Source: a virus
DNA length: 64,000 bases
Strand: one strand, 5' to 3'
Virus record (IMG/VR): IMGVR_UViG_3300044984_003188
Below are positions 1-8,742 of the stretch, one piece after another. The notes below the pieces were generated by a model that saw only the letters and a list, made by a program, of their open reading frames with translations, was not told the DNA's origin and ran no database searches. The position numbers and the translations under genes are program-made. How positions within the stretch are numbered: position 1 is the stretch's first letter; every line of letters begins with the position of its first letter.

Positions 1-171
1 AAGACTGAAGCTGAAAAGAAGGAGCTAAAACTCCTTCAGGATATTTCAAAAGTTGTCAGTCTCAATCTACAAAGAACCAAGCAATTTTGGAAAGTTCTTA
101 ATCAGGATCAGCGGAAAGAGTTTGTGAGTAAATTTATTACTCCGGATTCTAAAAATGATAAAAGATTATAA
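1..171 (+). CDS. 3' end of probable clamp loader small subunit (T4 gp62), partial
   Basis: Open frame from base 1 to TAA at 169-171; directly upstream of regA, as in T4-like gene order 44-62-regA. Confidence 0.55.
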   Translation, partial: KTEAEKKELKLLQDISKVVSLNLQRTKQFWKVLNQDQRKEFVSKFITPDSKNDKRL

Positions 172-203
172 AAAAATAAATATATAGTCTTTTATTGTGA
201 GGA

Positions 204-605
204 ATGACTATGACTATTTTAAATACATTTTTGGAAATAAAGCTAGCTGAAAACGAAGATTTCTTAAAGGTAAAAGAAACTCTGACTCGTATGGGTGTGG
301 CTTCAAAGAGAGATAAGATTCTTTATCAATCTTGCCACATATTACACAAACAAGGGCGCTATTATATAGTGCACTTCAAAGAACTTTTTGCACTTGATGG
401 TAAACCAACAGATTTTACTCATGAGGATTGCTCTAGAAGAAATACCATAGCTAGACTTTTGGAAGATTGGAATCTAATAAAAATTATAAACAAAGATATA
501 ATTGAAGATATGATTCCATTAAGTCAAGTTAAAATCATCTCATTTAAAGAAAAAGAAATGTGGACGTTAACTAGCAAATATAGCGTTGGTAAAAAGAAAT
601 TTTAA
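204..605 (+). CDS. regA: Translational repressor RegA
   Basis: DFLKVKETLTRMGVAS, LYQSCHILHKQGRYYIVHFKELFALDG and RRNTIARLL are RegA motifs. Confidence 0.97.
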   Translation: MTMTILNTFLEIKLAENEDFLKVKETLTRMGVASKRDKILYQSCHILHKQGRYYIVHFKELFALDGKPTDFTHEDCSRRNTIARLLEDWNLIKIINKDIIEDMIPLSQVKIISFKEKEMWTLTSKYSVGKKKF

Positions 606-620
606 TGGAAGCAATATATC

Positions 621-956
621 ATGTTTTCTTGGTTTAAAAAGAAGCCCAAACAATTTGAGAGGAAAGAACTTGAGCTTATTGCCCAAATTCTTTTCCCCTC
701 ACTTGAGACTAGAATTGATAAAGATGGAAATGTCTATCAGATAGATAAGTCAGTAGACACTAATTTGGAATCAATTTTATACGAACTTCAAGATGGCAAT
801 AATGATCGAGTATCGCATGACTCTTTAAATAGCGTCATAGGGCGACTTATTGAAGTACGTAAGATACTAGATGTCTATCCAGAATTGGATAAAAAAACTA
901 AGTACATTATCGTTGATGATGACGTAAAAAGAAATATAGCTGACTCTATAGAGTAG
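621..956 (+). CDS. Hypothetical protein
   Basis: 111-aa ORF following regA. Confidence 0.7.
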   Translation: MFSWFKKKPKQFERKELELIAQILFPSLETRIDKDGNVYQIDKSVDTNLESILYELQDGNNDRVSHDSLNSVIGRLIEVRKILDVYPELDKKTKYIIVDDDVKRNIADSIE

Positions 957-1341
957 CATATCCATCATCAGTTGAATAGACTACATTCTTGATGTTAAAA
1001 CTAACAATGGCTCGCATACATCCTACACAGGGTTTTGCGAGCCCATTTGTTTCAACTCCATTTACCTTCTTGCTCCGATAGATGTAGAGAGTGCTGCGCT
1101 GCAAATCCTCAACACTAGTGCACTTGAGTGCATTCTTGATAGCATCAATTTCTGCATGAAGAAAAATACATTCCTCATTCTTACCAAACTTGGCTTGAAA
1201 TGGGTGACTCTTTCGCTTATTAAAACCAAATGAAAGAATGTTGTTCTTAAGAACAACACACGAAGAAATCCTGGCGCCTGCTACCTTCTCAAGGGAAGTA
1301 GAAAGCTTAGCCAGGATACTCATATAATGATCATGCTTCAT
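946..1341 (-). CDS. Cytidine/dCMP deaminase-family zinc protein
   Basis: HAE and PCxxC (LHAEIDA...KPCVGC) zinc deaminase motifs. Confidence 0.85.
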   Translation of the reverse strand: MKHDHYMSILAKLSTSLEKVAGARISSCVVLKNNILSFGFNKRKSHPFQAKFGKNEECIFLHAEIDAIKNALKCTSVEDLQRSTLYIYRSKKVNGVETNGLAKPCVGCMRAIVSFNIKNVVYSTDDGYATL

Positions 1342-1347
1342 TTTATT

Positions 1348-1584
1348 TTAGTCCAAATATTCCATAGAACTAATGCGTGTTGGCCAACAACCATCATTAT
1401 TTACCCAACCCCAGTGATTATCGGCTGGATTAGATTCATTCATACCATATTCATATCGTTGTTGCACAGTTAGTGCATCTTCTAAAGTGTATACTTCCAT
1501 AATTTTAAGCCATCCATACCCATGGCAAGTTTTACCCCAACTTTCTATACTATAGTACATTTTACTTACCCGAAATGCGTTCAT
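1348..1584 (-). CDS. Hypothetical protein
   Basis: ORF within the leftward early operon; true start may be a downstream ATG. Confidence 0.5.
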   Translation of the reverse strand: MNAFRVSKMYYSIESWGKTCHGYGWLKIMEVYTLEDALTVQQRYEYGMNESNPADNHWGWVNNDGCWPTRISSMEYLD

Positions 1585-1718
1585 TTGTAGCTGAACAAAT
1601 CGTGATTCCGACGTTGCCAGTCATTATGTACATACTTACAATTGAAAAAAAAGATACAATATATGAAAGCATTACAACTGTGACAATAGTACTAAAGAAA
1701 ATTTTAAGAAATGGCATT

Positions 1719-2108
1719 TTAATTCTCCAGTTCTGCAATCTCATTTTTGATGCGCTCGAGTTCAGCCTTAAGGTCCTTGACTTTCTTATGATTATTCTTG
1801 AGTTCATTTACACTATCAGCAGTAATCTTCTTAATCTTCTTGGAAGAATAAGCCTCAATATTTCCACCAGAGCCCCAATTATACCATCCGGGGAGTAGAA
1901 CTACATAATTAATCACATCTTCGAGCTTACCCTCAAAGATACCAAGCTCCGGTAGGTTATGAGAACCACCCATATCACAGTTAGGATCTTCACCACGGGC
2001 TTTCCAAAACCCATAATCTGATAGACTATGCTTTTCAAGCAGTCGACTACCAGACCAACCGTTCATAAACTTCTTGACATGTTCGTTCATCGTGTGTCCC
2101 TTATTCAT
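1719..2108 (-). CDS. Hypothetical protein
   Basis: ORF in leftward early operon with C-terminal coiled coil; likely ATG at 2090. Confidence 0.7.
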   Translation of the reverse strand: MNKGHTMNEHVKKFMNGWSGSRLLEKHSLSDYGFWKARGEDPNCDMGGSHNLPELGIFEGKLEDVINYVVLLPGWYNWGSGGNIEAYSSKKIKKITADSVNELKNNHKKVKDLKAELERIKNEIAELEN

Positions 2109-2122
2109 TGTATTAAGCTTTA

Positions 2123-2347
2123 TTACCGTTCACTATAGTGCTTGGTGGCACACTTTTGCGCCCAGTCAATATTTTCGGTAACAATTGTCTCAAGTGCAAT
2201 CCGCTGCTTTTTGCTGAGCTTGATATCCTGGTTATGCATCAAATCATTAATCATCGACTGCATCCAACCTAGAGCGTAGTCGGAGCCGACGTCGCCACGG
2301 AGGATATCGGAAAGCTTTTCAAGCTGCGGAAGAATTGTCATGTTCAT
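2123..2347 (-). CDS. Hypothetical early protein
   Basis: Downstream of the repeated early promoter at 2366-2394, with an AAGG SD. Confidence 0.6.
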   Translation of the reverse strand: MNMTILPQLEKLSDILRGDVGSDYALGWMQSMINDLMHNQDIKLSKKQRIALETIVTENIDWAQKCATKHYSER

Positions 2348-2365
2348 TCCCTTGTTCATAGTCAT

Positions 2366-2394
2366 CTTATAATCCAATCTGGGATTAAAGTCAA
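2366..2394 (-). promoter_or_regulatory. Early sigma70-type promoter, repeated cassette
   Basis: TTGACT-17 nt-TATAAG with TAATCC/GGATTA inverted repeat in the spacer; about 12 related copies in the window. Confidence 0.8.
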
Positions 2395-2612
2395 CCCACA
2401 ATCGCAACGCCACGAAAGTGAAGTCCAGCCTGAACGGCACGCTCACCTACCGCAACCGGGATGAACCGACCTTCGGAAGAGACCGCCACAAAGCACTGGA
2501 TGCCGTGGCTAGTGATTTCCTTCTGCAGCTTACGCTGAGCAGCGGCATAGGTGGCGTAGCCCTTGATGCCCTCGAAGGTGTTCAGATTGGTCATATCTGC
2601 CTCATTCATCAT
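2391..2612 (-). CDS. Hypothetical early protein
   Basis: Directly downstream of promoter 2619-2647; host-like GC-richer codons. Confidence 0.7.
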   Translation of the reverse strand: MMNEADMTNLNTFEGIKGYATYAAAQRKLQKEITSHGIQCFVAVSSEGRFIPVAVGERAVQAGLHFRGVAIVG

Positions 2613-2618
2613 AGTCTC

Positions 2619-3054
2619 TTTATATCCCTACCCACTTTAAAAGTCAATCCCAACAAAATCAATGTGTTAGACTTAAGTGGTTGATATGATTACCAAAAAT
2701 TTTTCAACTTTTTTTGAAAAAAATCAGACCTAATCTTTTCAATAGGTTAGGTAAGAATACGTCTAAGATCGTGCTAAGTGGGCTAGGTGGATAATCCATA
2801 TGACTGAGGCGGCTTAGACTGCCGAGAAACGTCTTGAGCGCCTAACCCATTGATATGATTGGGTTTTGGTAAAGTGCTAACCTATTGAAAAGATTAGGTT
2901 TTACCGTCTAGCGGCGCCCACGGCATCAACGGCACGAAAAAATCTCAACTTTTTTGAAAAATTATTTTTGAATCTTTTCAATGGGTTAGGTCCAATCCGA
3001 TGCTAACCCATTGATATCCTTGCCATTGACTTTTAAATCAGGTGGTGGTATAAA
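2619..3054. repeat. Divergent-promoter element copy 1 (seven IHF-consensus-like sites; inverted relative to copies 2 and 3)
   Basis: Outward TTGACT-17-TATAAA promoters at 2619-2647(-) and 3026-3054(+); seven W(A/T)TCAA-N4-TTA motifs; 29-nt block at ~2752-2780 is the near-perfect reverse complement of ~34378-34406. Confidence 0.85.
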
Positions 3055-3060
3055 GAGACT

Positions 3061-3267
3061 ATGATGAATGAGGGTCACACGATGAACGTCTACCAGGTTG
3101 AACTGGCTATCTCTTTAAAGGATCGTTGGGCCATTCTGCTGATGGAGGTAAACGCCACCACTGAGAATGAGGCTATGGATTTTGCGGTAGCCCAAGCCGA
3201 GGAATCCGAACTGGTTGTGTCGGTCAACGGTTGCACTTATCTTTATCCTTGTGAAACCCTAAACTAA
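3061..3267 (+). CDS. Hypothetical early protein
   Basis: Downstream of promoter 3026-3054; SD-led ATG at 3082. Confidence 0.65.
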   Translation: MMNEGHTMNVYQVELAISLKDRWAILLMEVNATTENEAMDFAVAQAEESELVVSVNGCTYLYPCETLN

Positions 3268-3429
3268 GGGTTGACTTTTTTCCCTGAGCGTGTATAATGG
3301 TTAGTGACCAAATAAGGATGGTATAGGTAATGACTCGCCAAGGTGATGCTAATGCCTGCTGGTTCCTGCTCCATATCCTGGTGGCAGGTGCCTTTGCCTT
3401 TACCATGGTTCTGATTGGAGGTATTTGAT

Positions 3430-3711
3430 ATGGCTAGCCGAAAGACTTTTCCAGTTGATGAATATAGGGTTAGGGTAAATTATACCCTAGCTACTAGCTA
3501 TATGCCTGCTAGCTATAGGCAAGGTTTGATTGACCTGCTCGAGCATATTCTACAATCATCTGGTAATTATAAGGGATTTAAGTATCTAGGTAAGGATGAA
3601 ATGGGTGAAATGATTAAGGATCATCCTCCTGGGATCAATACACCAATTGAAGATCTAAGTCATGAGGAGCGGTTCCAGGGTACTGATGACACCCGCCGTT
3701 ACTATTTTTAA
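3430..3711 (+). CDS. Hypothetical protein
   Basis: GGAGG SD before ATG at 3430. Confidence 0.7.
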   Translation: MASRKTFPVDEYRVRVNYTLATSYMPASYRQGLIDLLEHILQSSGNYKGFKYLGKDEMGEMIKDHPPGINTPIEDLSHEERFQGTDDTRRYYF

Positions 3712-3712
3712 T

Positions 3713-3886
3713 ATGATTTGGGTTCAAGATAAGGTTTGGAATTTACCTCGGGTTGAGGTATATCGTAAAGTTTGGTATCAAGTATCTGATGAACTATCGG
3801 TTGCATTATCACTTGAACTACCACAGCAAATACCACATGTATTTTCCGATCAAATTGTTCATCAAATTCATGAGGATGAATTATGA
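3713..3886 (+). CDS. Small 4-residue-periodic (xxQV/W) family protein
   Basis: MIWVQDKVWNLPRVEVYRKVWYQVSDE. Confidence 0.55.
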   Translation: MIWVQDKVWNLPRVEVYRKVWYQVSDELSVALSLELPQQIPHVFSDQIVHQIHEDEL

Positions 3887-4059
3887 ATATTGTAAGATTT
3901 GAAGTTTGTCAGATGATTCGACATCAAGTTGAGTATTTAATCTGGGAACGGGTAAATTATATAGTCTGGGATCAAGTAATGGATCATTGTGTTGGCGATA
4001 AAATGATTGTGGAACCAGTTGATGATTTAATCTACCATCAACTCTGGGATCCAATTTAA
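3883..4059 (+). CDS. Small 4-residue-periodic family protein (58 aa, not in ORF track)
   Basis: Translated by hand: MNIVRFEVCQMIRHQVEYLIWERVNYIVWDQVMDH...; start overlaps the upstream stop. Confidence 0.55.
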   Translation: MNIVRFEVCQMIRHQVEYLIWERVNYIVWDQVMDHCVGDKMIVEPVDDLIYHQLWDPI

Positions 4060-4283
4060 TGGAATCAGTCATAGAGAATGTTTTATTTGCACCTCTAGAC
4101 TTATCTATAGTTAAATCAAGAACTATCTTATCCAACGATCTTAGATATCAAATAAGAAAGTCAACTTTATATAAAGTTGAAAATTCTGCTCAAATTTTAA
4201 AATTTGATGGGAATTTAAATTTCATGGTTGACACATTAAGCCAACCATGATATATTGATCATAACAACAAGGAAGACACTTAA

Positions 4284-4463
4284 ATGCGGTATATTCATTT
4301 TCAAATTCAGGATGGTTGGTCTTGGCGCACTGTAGGGTCTTCCGAGGAAGGCACACTGGATTCGGCAATTCTGATTGAAATGCGGAACGTCAAGATGCGC
4401 TTTCCAGACCGTCGAATTCGTTGTGTGAATGATGATGGGCGTATTCTTGATATGATGGACTAA
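4284..4463 (+). CDS. Hypothetical protein (59 aa, not in ORF track)
   Basis: AAGGA SD and upstream TTGACA promoter; MRYIHFQIQDGWSWRTV...RIRCVNDDGRILDMMD. Confidence 0.65.
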   Translation: MRYIHFQIQDGWSWRTVGSSEEGTLDSAILIEMRNVKMRFPDRRIRCVNDDGRILDMMD

Positions 4464-4611
4464 ATCATTCAAGCATATGCTTGGTTTTAGATATTCTTTC
4501 AACTAAGATTACAACTCTTACGGTTTCGGATTATAGATTAGAACTTACTGCTCTAAAAATTGACCAAAAGTTTTGGTTGACAGAGTTTCGGATATAGGAT
4601 ATACTAACTTT

Positions 4612-4667
4612 AAGGATTCCACTACCGACCGTGACCTTCACGAGTTATATGCGGATATGTGGACCTT
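4612..4667 (+). ncRNA. Candidate small hairpin RNA
   Basis: TTGACA(4577)-17-TATACT(4600) promoter, then AAGGATTCCAC...GTGGACCTT closing stem with inner CGTGA/TCACG hairpin; no ORF. Confidence 0.35.
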
Positions 4668-4757
4668 GCATTATCAATATCAAAAATGACCAAAAAAATG
4701 GTTGCAACCATTTTTTTTGGTATAATATGACTAAATAATGATGAGGGATGTATAAAT

Positions 4758-4964
4758 ATGAACACCGAGTCTAAAACTGATAAGCTCTATCGCTCTATTA
4801 TTCTGAAGCGCCAGCGACTTACTTCTCGCCAAATTGCTTCTCGATATCGTGTTTCTAATCCTTACGATCTTATCTATCGACTTCGTAATGAAGGGCATGA
4901 TATCTATAGCGATAAGATTGTAAACAGTCGTGGTAAGACTGTAGTTCGATATACTAGCTACTAA
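4758..4964 (+). CDS. Small winged-HTH DNA-binding protein
   Basis: Basic; LTSRQIASRY...IYRLRNEGHDI pattern; TATAAATA at 4751. Confidence 0.65.
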   Translation: MNTESKTDKLYRSIILKRQRLTSRQIASRYRVSNPYDLIYRLRNEGHDIYSDKIVNSRGKTVVRYTSY

Positions 4965-4974
4965 TTGACCTATC

Positions 4975-5006
4975 GGTTGGGAGCCAAAACTTCCAACCAC
5001 TTTGTT
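4975..5006 (+). terminator. Rho-independent terminator
   Basis: GGTTGGGAG-ccaaaa-CTTCCAACC followed by T-rich tail. Confidence 0.6.
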
Positions 5007-5033
5007 CTTTGACTTATAAATATGATAGAATAT

Positions 5034-5105
5034 GGACCGGTAATTCAGAGGTAGAATAGTGGACTCTTACTCCATATGCCGTCGGTTCGATCCCGACTCG
5101 GTCCT
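5034..5105 (+). tRNA. tRNA-Lys(CTT), CCA not encoded
   Basis: Cloverleaf; loop CT-CTT-AC; TTCGATC T-loop; ends T-C-ATAAGCAC. Confidence 0.9.
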
Positions 5106-5173
5106 CATAAGCACCTCCGTTGTATAAATAGCAATGTCAATAAGACTATTTCACAACGGAGGGTTAGCGCCAA
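5106..5173 (+). promoter_or_regulatory. Conserved endonuclease leader hairpin with T4 late promoter, copy 1
   Basis: CATAAGCAC-[CTCCGTTGT..TATAAATA..ACAACGGAG]-GGTTAGC; homologous to 8676 and 24610. Confidence 0.85.
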
Positions 5174-6046
5174 ATGCACTATACTATTTATAAAATAACT
5201 AATAAGATTAATGGCAACTTTTATATAGGAAAACATAAAACCAAGAATCTAAATGATAAATATATGGGTTCTGGTAAACTTATACAAGCAGCCATAAAAA
5301 AACATGGTATTGAAAATTTTGAGAAAGAAATACTTGAGACTTTCAATACTGAAGAAGAAATGAATGAGGCCGAAAAAAGATATGTAGTTCTAGGTGAAGG
5401 TAGCTATAATCTTTGCCCTGGTGGACAAGGTGGTTGGGGTTATGTAAACACTAATAATCTTGGTGGTACCTTAGGATTAAAACACACTGAAGAATATAAA
5501 AACAATCATTCATTAATAACAAAAAGAATATATGAAAATAGGGATGAAGAAACTAAAAAAGATATTTCTAAGAAAATAGCTGCTGGTTTAAAAGCTGTAA
5601 ACTATGATCCAAGAAACTTTTTAGGTAAAAAACATACTCAAGAAGCAATACAAAAAATGTCCTTATCAAAGGAAGGACATGGACTTGGAGAAAAAAATAG
5701 TCAGTTTGGTACCATATGGATTTCTAATGGTATAGAAGAAAAAAAGATTAAAGCTTCTGATCAAATCCCAGAAGGATGGACTAAACAAAGATTACAATCA
5801 TTTAAAAATGATATATTAAAAGATATCAAGAAAAAAGAAAAAGAACAACAAAAAAATATTGCTCTTGAAACTAAAAAACAAGAACTACATAAACTTTATG
5901 AAATATATAAAGTTAAAGGTTTTGCAGGAGTTAGACAAGAAGACTATAAATATAGTCAACCATATTTAGTTATGAGTTTTGCAAAATATTTTCCTGATTT
6001 TACCCCACAAATGGGGAAGAAAAGAAAACAAAAATATTCCTCGTGA
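5174..6046 (+). mobile_element. Seg-like GIY-YIG homing endonuclease
   Basis: YTIYKITNKINGNFYIGKH, YMGSG, YNL and NUMOD3-like GKKHT motifs. Confidence 0.92.
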
Positions 6047-6114
6047 TCCGAGCAAGCGAACGGACCCGGCTGTTAACCGGAGTTTGCCAGGGGCGGTACC
6101 TGGACGAGGAGCCA
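6038..6114 (+). tRNA. tRNA-Asn(GTT), atypical T-loop
   Basis: TCCTCGT/ACGAGGA acceptor, CT-GTT-AA loop, T-loop GGCGGTA, GCCA end. Confidence 0.85.
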
Positions 6115-6122
6115 GTTTTATT

Positions 6123-6199
6123 GCTCCCTTAGCCCAACTGGTAGAGGCGTCTGACTTAAGATCAGATTAGTGCCAGTTCAAATCTGGCAGGGAGTACCA
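6123..6199 (+). tRNA. tRNA-Leu(TAA), short variable loop
   Basis: TCTGA-CTTAAGA-TCAGA; ACCA end. Confidence 0.9.
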
Positions 6200-6203
6200 C
6201 TTT

Positions 6204-6288
6204 GGATCAGTAGCGTATATGTCAGGCAAGTGCTACAGCCGGGCTTTTAATCCGGTCGCAAGGGGAGCGTTACCTCACTGATCCTCCA
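6204..6288 (+). tRNA. tRNA-Lys(TTT), atypical
   Basis: CCGGG-CTTTTAA-TCCGG; enlarged D arm; T-loop AGCGTTA; TCCA end. Confidence 0.8.
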
Positions 6289-6294
6289 CTTTAA

Positions 6295-6370
6295 TGTCCT
6301 GTAGCTCAATTGGGAGAGCATTTGCTTGATAAGCGAAAGGTAGTTGGATCGAAACCAACCAGGACAACCA
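6295..6370 (+). tRNA. tRNA-Ile(GAT)
   Basis: Cloverleaf, TT-GAT-AA loop, ACCA end. Confidence 0.92.
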
Positions 6371-6457
6371 TTCAGTTCTTGTTTCTCTTTCTATAGAGAA
6401 ATATAGAAGAGGCCTTCCAGTTGGGCTGATGAAATACACTGGATATATTCTAAGTTT

Positions 6458-6535
6458 GCGGTAGTCTTCTAATTGGACTAGGAACCCTGACTTTCAATCA
6501 GGCCAATGCGGGTTCGATTCCCGTCTACCGCACCA
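6458..6535 (+). tRNA. tRNA-Glu(TTC)
   Basis: CCTGA-CTTTCAA-TCAGG; ACCA end. Confidence 0.92.
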
Positions 6536-6540
6536 AACTT

Positions 6541-6615
6541 GCTCTTAAAGCATAAGTGGCGATGCACGGGTTTTGTAATCCTGAGAACTTGGTTCGATTC
6601 CGAGTGAGAGCACCA
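6541..6615 (+). tRNA. tRNA-Thr(TGT)
   Basis: TT-TGT-AA loop; TTCGATT T-loop; ACCA end. Confidence 0.9.
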
Positions 6616-6660
6616 AATATCTATTGACTTTCCTTTAGTCTGTGATATAAAGATCATATA

Positions 6661-7062
6661 ATGAGAGGTGATGACATGAGTACAATGAACCGAATTGGTA
6701 ATGCAGGCAATCGCTTCCAGGGCCAATTTAAACGGGTGCTATGTGTTTGCTCTGCAGGTCTTCTTAGGTCTCCAACCACAGCATTTGTTCTTTCACAAGA
6801 ACCTTATAACTTCAATACTCGTGCTGTTGGTATTTCTCGTGAATATGCTCTGATTCCGATTGATTCCGTTCATCTCCATTGGGCTGATGAAATTGTGACA
6901 ATGGAGAAAGCACATACTAAAGTTGTTGAAGAACTGATTAATACTTCTGGTCTAGGTTCAACTGGACCTAAAGTTATTCAGTTGAATATTCCCGACGATT
7001 TTGCATATCGTGATCCTCAGCTAATTGAACTTATCAAGAAGGCTTACGATTCACATAAATAA
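6661..7062 (+). CDS. Low-molecular-weight protein tyrosine phosphatase-like protein
   Basis: VLCVCSAGLLRSPT P-loop (CX5R) and IPDDF; likely start 6676. Confidence 0.85.
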   Translation: MRGDDMSTMNRIGNAGNRFQGQFKRVLCVCSAGLLRSPTTAFVLSQEPYNFNTRAVGISREYALIPIDSVHLHWADEIVTMEKAHTKVVEELINTSGLGSTGPKVIQLNIPDDFAYRDPQLIELIKKAYDSHK

Positions 7063-7128
7063 AAGTTGTGGTATTAAGCGAAAATCAATTGACAGCTGAT
7101 TATATCCATGGTATACTATCTTAGTTAA

Positions 7129-7219
7129 GGGCGTGAGGGCTGGTGCTCACCAGGAGCTTATACCTCCTTAGGCAGCTGATTACTGTTGGGATAGGGTTCA
7201 ATTCCCTACGTGCCTACCA
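7129..7219 (+). tRNA. tRNA-Ile(TAT) with long variable arm and 4-nt D-loop
   Basis: AGGAG-CTTATAC-CTCCT; ~23-nt variable region; TAGGG-TTCAATT-CCCTA; ACCA end. Confidence 0.75.
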
Positions 7220-7306
7220 AAATTTTGATCTAGCTCAGATTAGGAATTACCTGGTTTGCGATGATGCTAGACGGATAGACCAATACGTGAGGTTTATCAA
7301 CAATTT

Positions 7307-7383
7307 GCTCCTGTTGACTAACTGGATAAGTTCACTGCCTTCTAAGCAGTTTTATGGGGGTTCGAATCCCTCCAGGAGTACCA
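7307..7383 (+). tRNA. tRNA-Arg(TCT)
   Basis: ACTGC-CTTCTAA-GCAGT; ACCA end. Confidence 0.9.
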
Positions 7384-7402
7384 CTTTTAAAGGATCTATA
7401 CT

Positions 7403-7573
7403 ATGACAGGTAATGAAGATAACCAGCTTGCCGGATTAATTCTATTTGTAATTGGCATGTTTCTTTGTGGTTGTGCTGTAGGTGTATTTTTTGGTAAAGG
7501 ATTTGGATTCTTATTTGTAGGACTTCCATTACTTGCCATCGGCATTTACGGTATACTTACAGGCCCAAAGTAA
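7403..7573 (+). CDS. Small membrane protein (56 aa, not in ORF track)
   Basis: AAGGA SD; two hydrophobic segments. Confidence 0.55.
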   Translation: MTGNEDNQLAGLILFVIGMFLCGCAVGVFFGKGFGFLFVGLPLLAIGIYGILTGPK

Positions 7574-7723
7574 GTTCAGATATTGTGGTAAGTAAAGTCT
7601 ACGCTAAATCGGCTAGCTAGCGATGATAAGGTAGAGTGGATATAATCAATCCATAAAAGGAGAATGGGCAGATAATATCTCATAAATATTATTGGATACC
7701 TCACCTGCCACAAACCAGAACTT
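7572..7723 (+). ncRNA. Orphan multibranch structured RNA with anticodon-like hairpin
   Basis: Closing stems AAGTTC/GAACTT and TGTGGTA/TGCCACA; inner ATAATAT-CTCATAA-ATATTAT. Confidence 0.5.
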
Positions 7724-7745
7724 CTAATATAGAAAGGAATATATT

Positions 7746-8297
7746 ATGTCTTTCAACGTTCATGATCACTACAAGGATCTGAGTGTAGAAGATTTGAAGT
7801 TAATTTCTAATGCTACTCGACTACCATATGCAGTTTGTCTACTCAATTTAGAATATGACCTAAATATTGGCAACTGTATTCGAACTGCTCATATTTTTGG
7901 TGCTGAACAAGTCTTTATCTTTGGTCGTCGACGCTATGATCTAAGATCAACTGTTGGTGCTAATCACTATACTAATATTGTTAAGTATGATTTTGATGAA
8001 CTTACTGATGATGAAGTGATTGTCAATCAGTTTGAAAATATGGTTTATGACTATAATCTTGAGCCCTTGCTGATTGATAAAACAGCAGAATCAAGAGATA
8101 TTTCTGAATCTCACATTTATAATAATGGCGATCTAACAACACCATGTTTAGTCTTTGGAAATGAAAATTCTGGTATTCCGACTTGTCTAACGGATAAATA
8201 TCCATGCTTTCATATTCCACAACGTGGTGTAATTCGTTCACTCAATGTTGCTTCTGCCGCTGCGGTTGCAATGTATGAGTTCTCTAAATATCTATAA
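7746..8297 (+). CDS. SpoU/TrmH-family RNA 2'-O-methyltransferase
   Basis: NIGNCIRTA, LVFGNENSGI and IPQRGVIRSLNVASAAAVAMYE SPOUT motifs. Confidence 0.92.
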   Translation: MSFNVHDHYKDLSVEDLKLISNATRLPYAVCLLNLEYDLNIGNCIRTAHIFGAEQVFIFGRRRYDLRSTVGANHYTNIVKYDFDELTDDEVIVNQFENMVYDYNLEPLLIDKTAESRDISESHIYNNGDLTTPCLVFGNENSGIPTCLTDKYPCFHIPQRGVIRSLNVASAAAVAMYEFSKYL

Positions 8298-8303
8298 GAA
8301 TAA

Positions 8304-8377
8304 GCGGAATTGGCGTAAAGGTAGCGTCTTTGGCTTCCACCCAAATGGCACGAGTTCGAATCTCGTATTCCGCACCA
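8304..8377 (+). tRNA. tRNA-Gly(TCC)
   Basis: CT-TCC-AC loop; ACCA end. Confidence 0.92.
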
Positions 8378-8382
8378 GAGAC

Positions 8383-8594
8383 CCGGTCTATAATCACGTA
8401 GCAATCAGTGGCTTGATTTGGTGAATCAAGATATTGTGGACAACCATCTACAGCTGAGTATGTTGAGTATAAATCGGTAAGAATTGATTCTTACGCTCGT
8501 GTGCAGGAACGACCTGCTAACCTTGTGTTTCAAGAGGTCTCGGCGCCTCGAGCTCCGTTCCGGGATTGCGAAACATAGTAAACGTAAGAATCAA
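8383..8594 (+). ncRNA. One or two orphan structured RNAs between tRNAs
   Basis: Stem 8383-92/8468-77; perfect 12-bp stem TTGATTCTTACG (8484-95)/CGTAAGAATCAA (8583-94) enclosing several hairpins. Confidence 0.55.
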
Positions 8595-8599
8595 ACAGT

Positions 8600-8675
8600 T
8601 GCAGGGTAGAGGAGCTCGGTCGTCCTCGCCTGGTTCATACCCAGGAAATCGTGGGTTCAAATCCCACCTCTGCTA
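8600..8675 (+). tRNA. tRNA-Met(CAT), initiator-like, CCA not encoded
   Basis: 1:72 mismatch; CCTGG-TTCATAC-CCAGG; ends A-C-ATAAGCAC. Confidence 0.85.
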
Positions 8676-8742
8676 CATAAGCACCTTGATTATATAAATA
8701 GCAATATCAATAAGACTATTATATAATCAAGGGTTAGCTTAA
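8676..8742 (+). promoter_or_regulatory. Endonuclease leader hairpin with late promoter, copy 2
   Basis: CATAAGCAC-[CTTGATTATATAAATAG..CTATTATATAATCAAG]-GGTTAGC. Confidence 0.85.

Noticed and set aside
6415-6452. Hammerhead ribozyme (CTGATGA)
   Set aside because: No stem II followed by GAAA after the CUGAUGA, so the core cannot be assembled.
7307-7383. Possible amber suppressor (CTA in TTCTAA)
   Set aside because: The stem ACTGC/GCAGT centres the loop as CT-TCT-AA, which is Arg(TCT).
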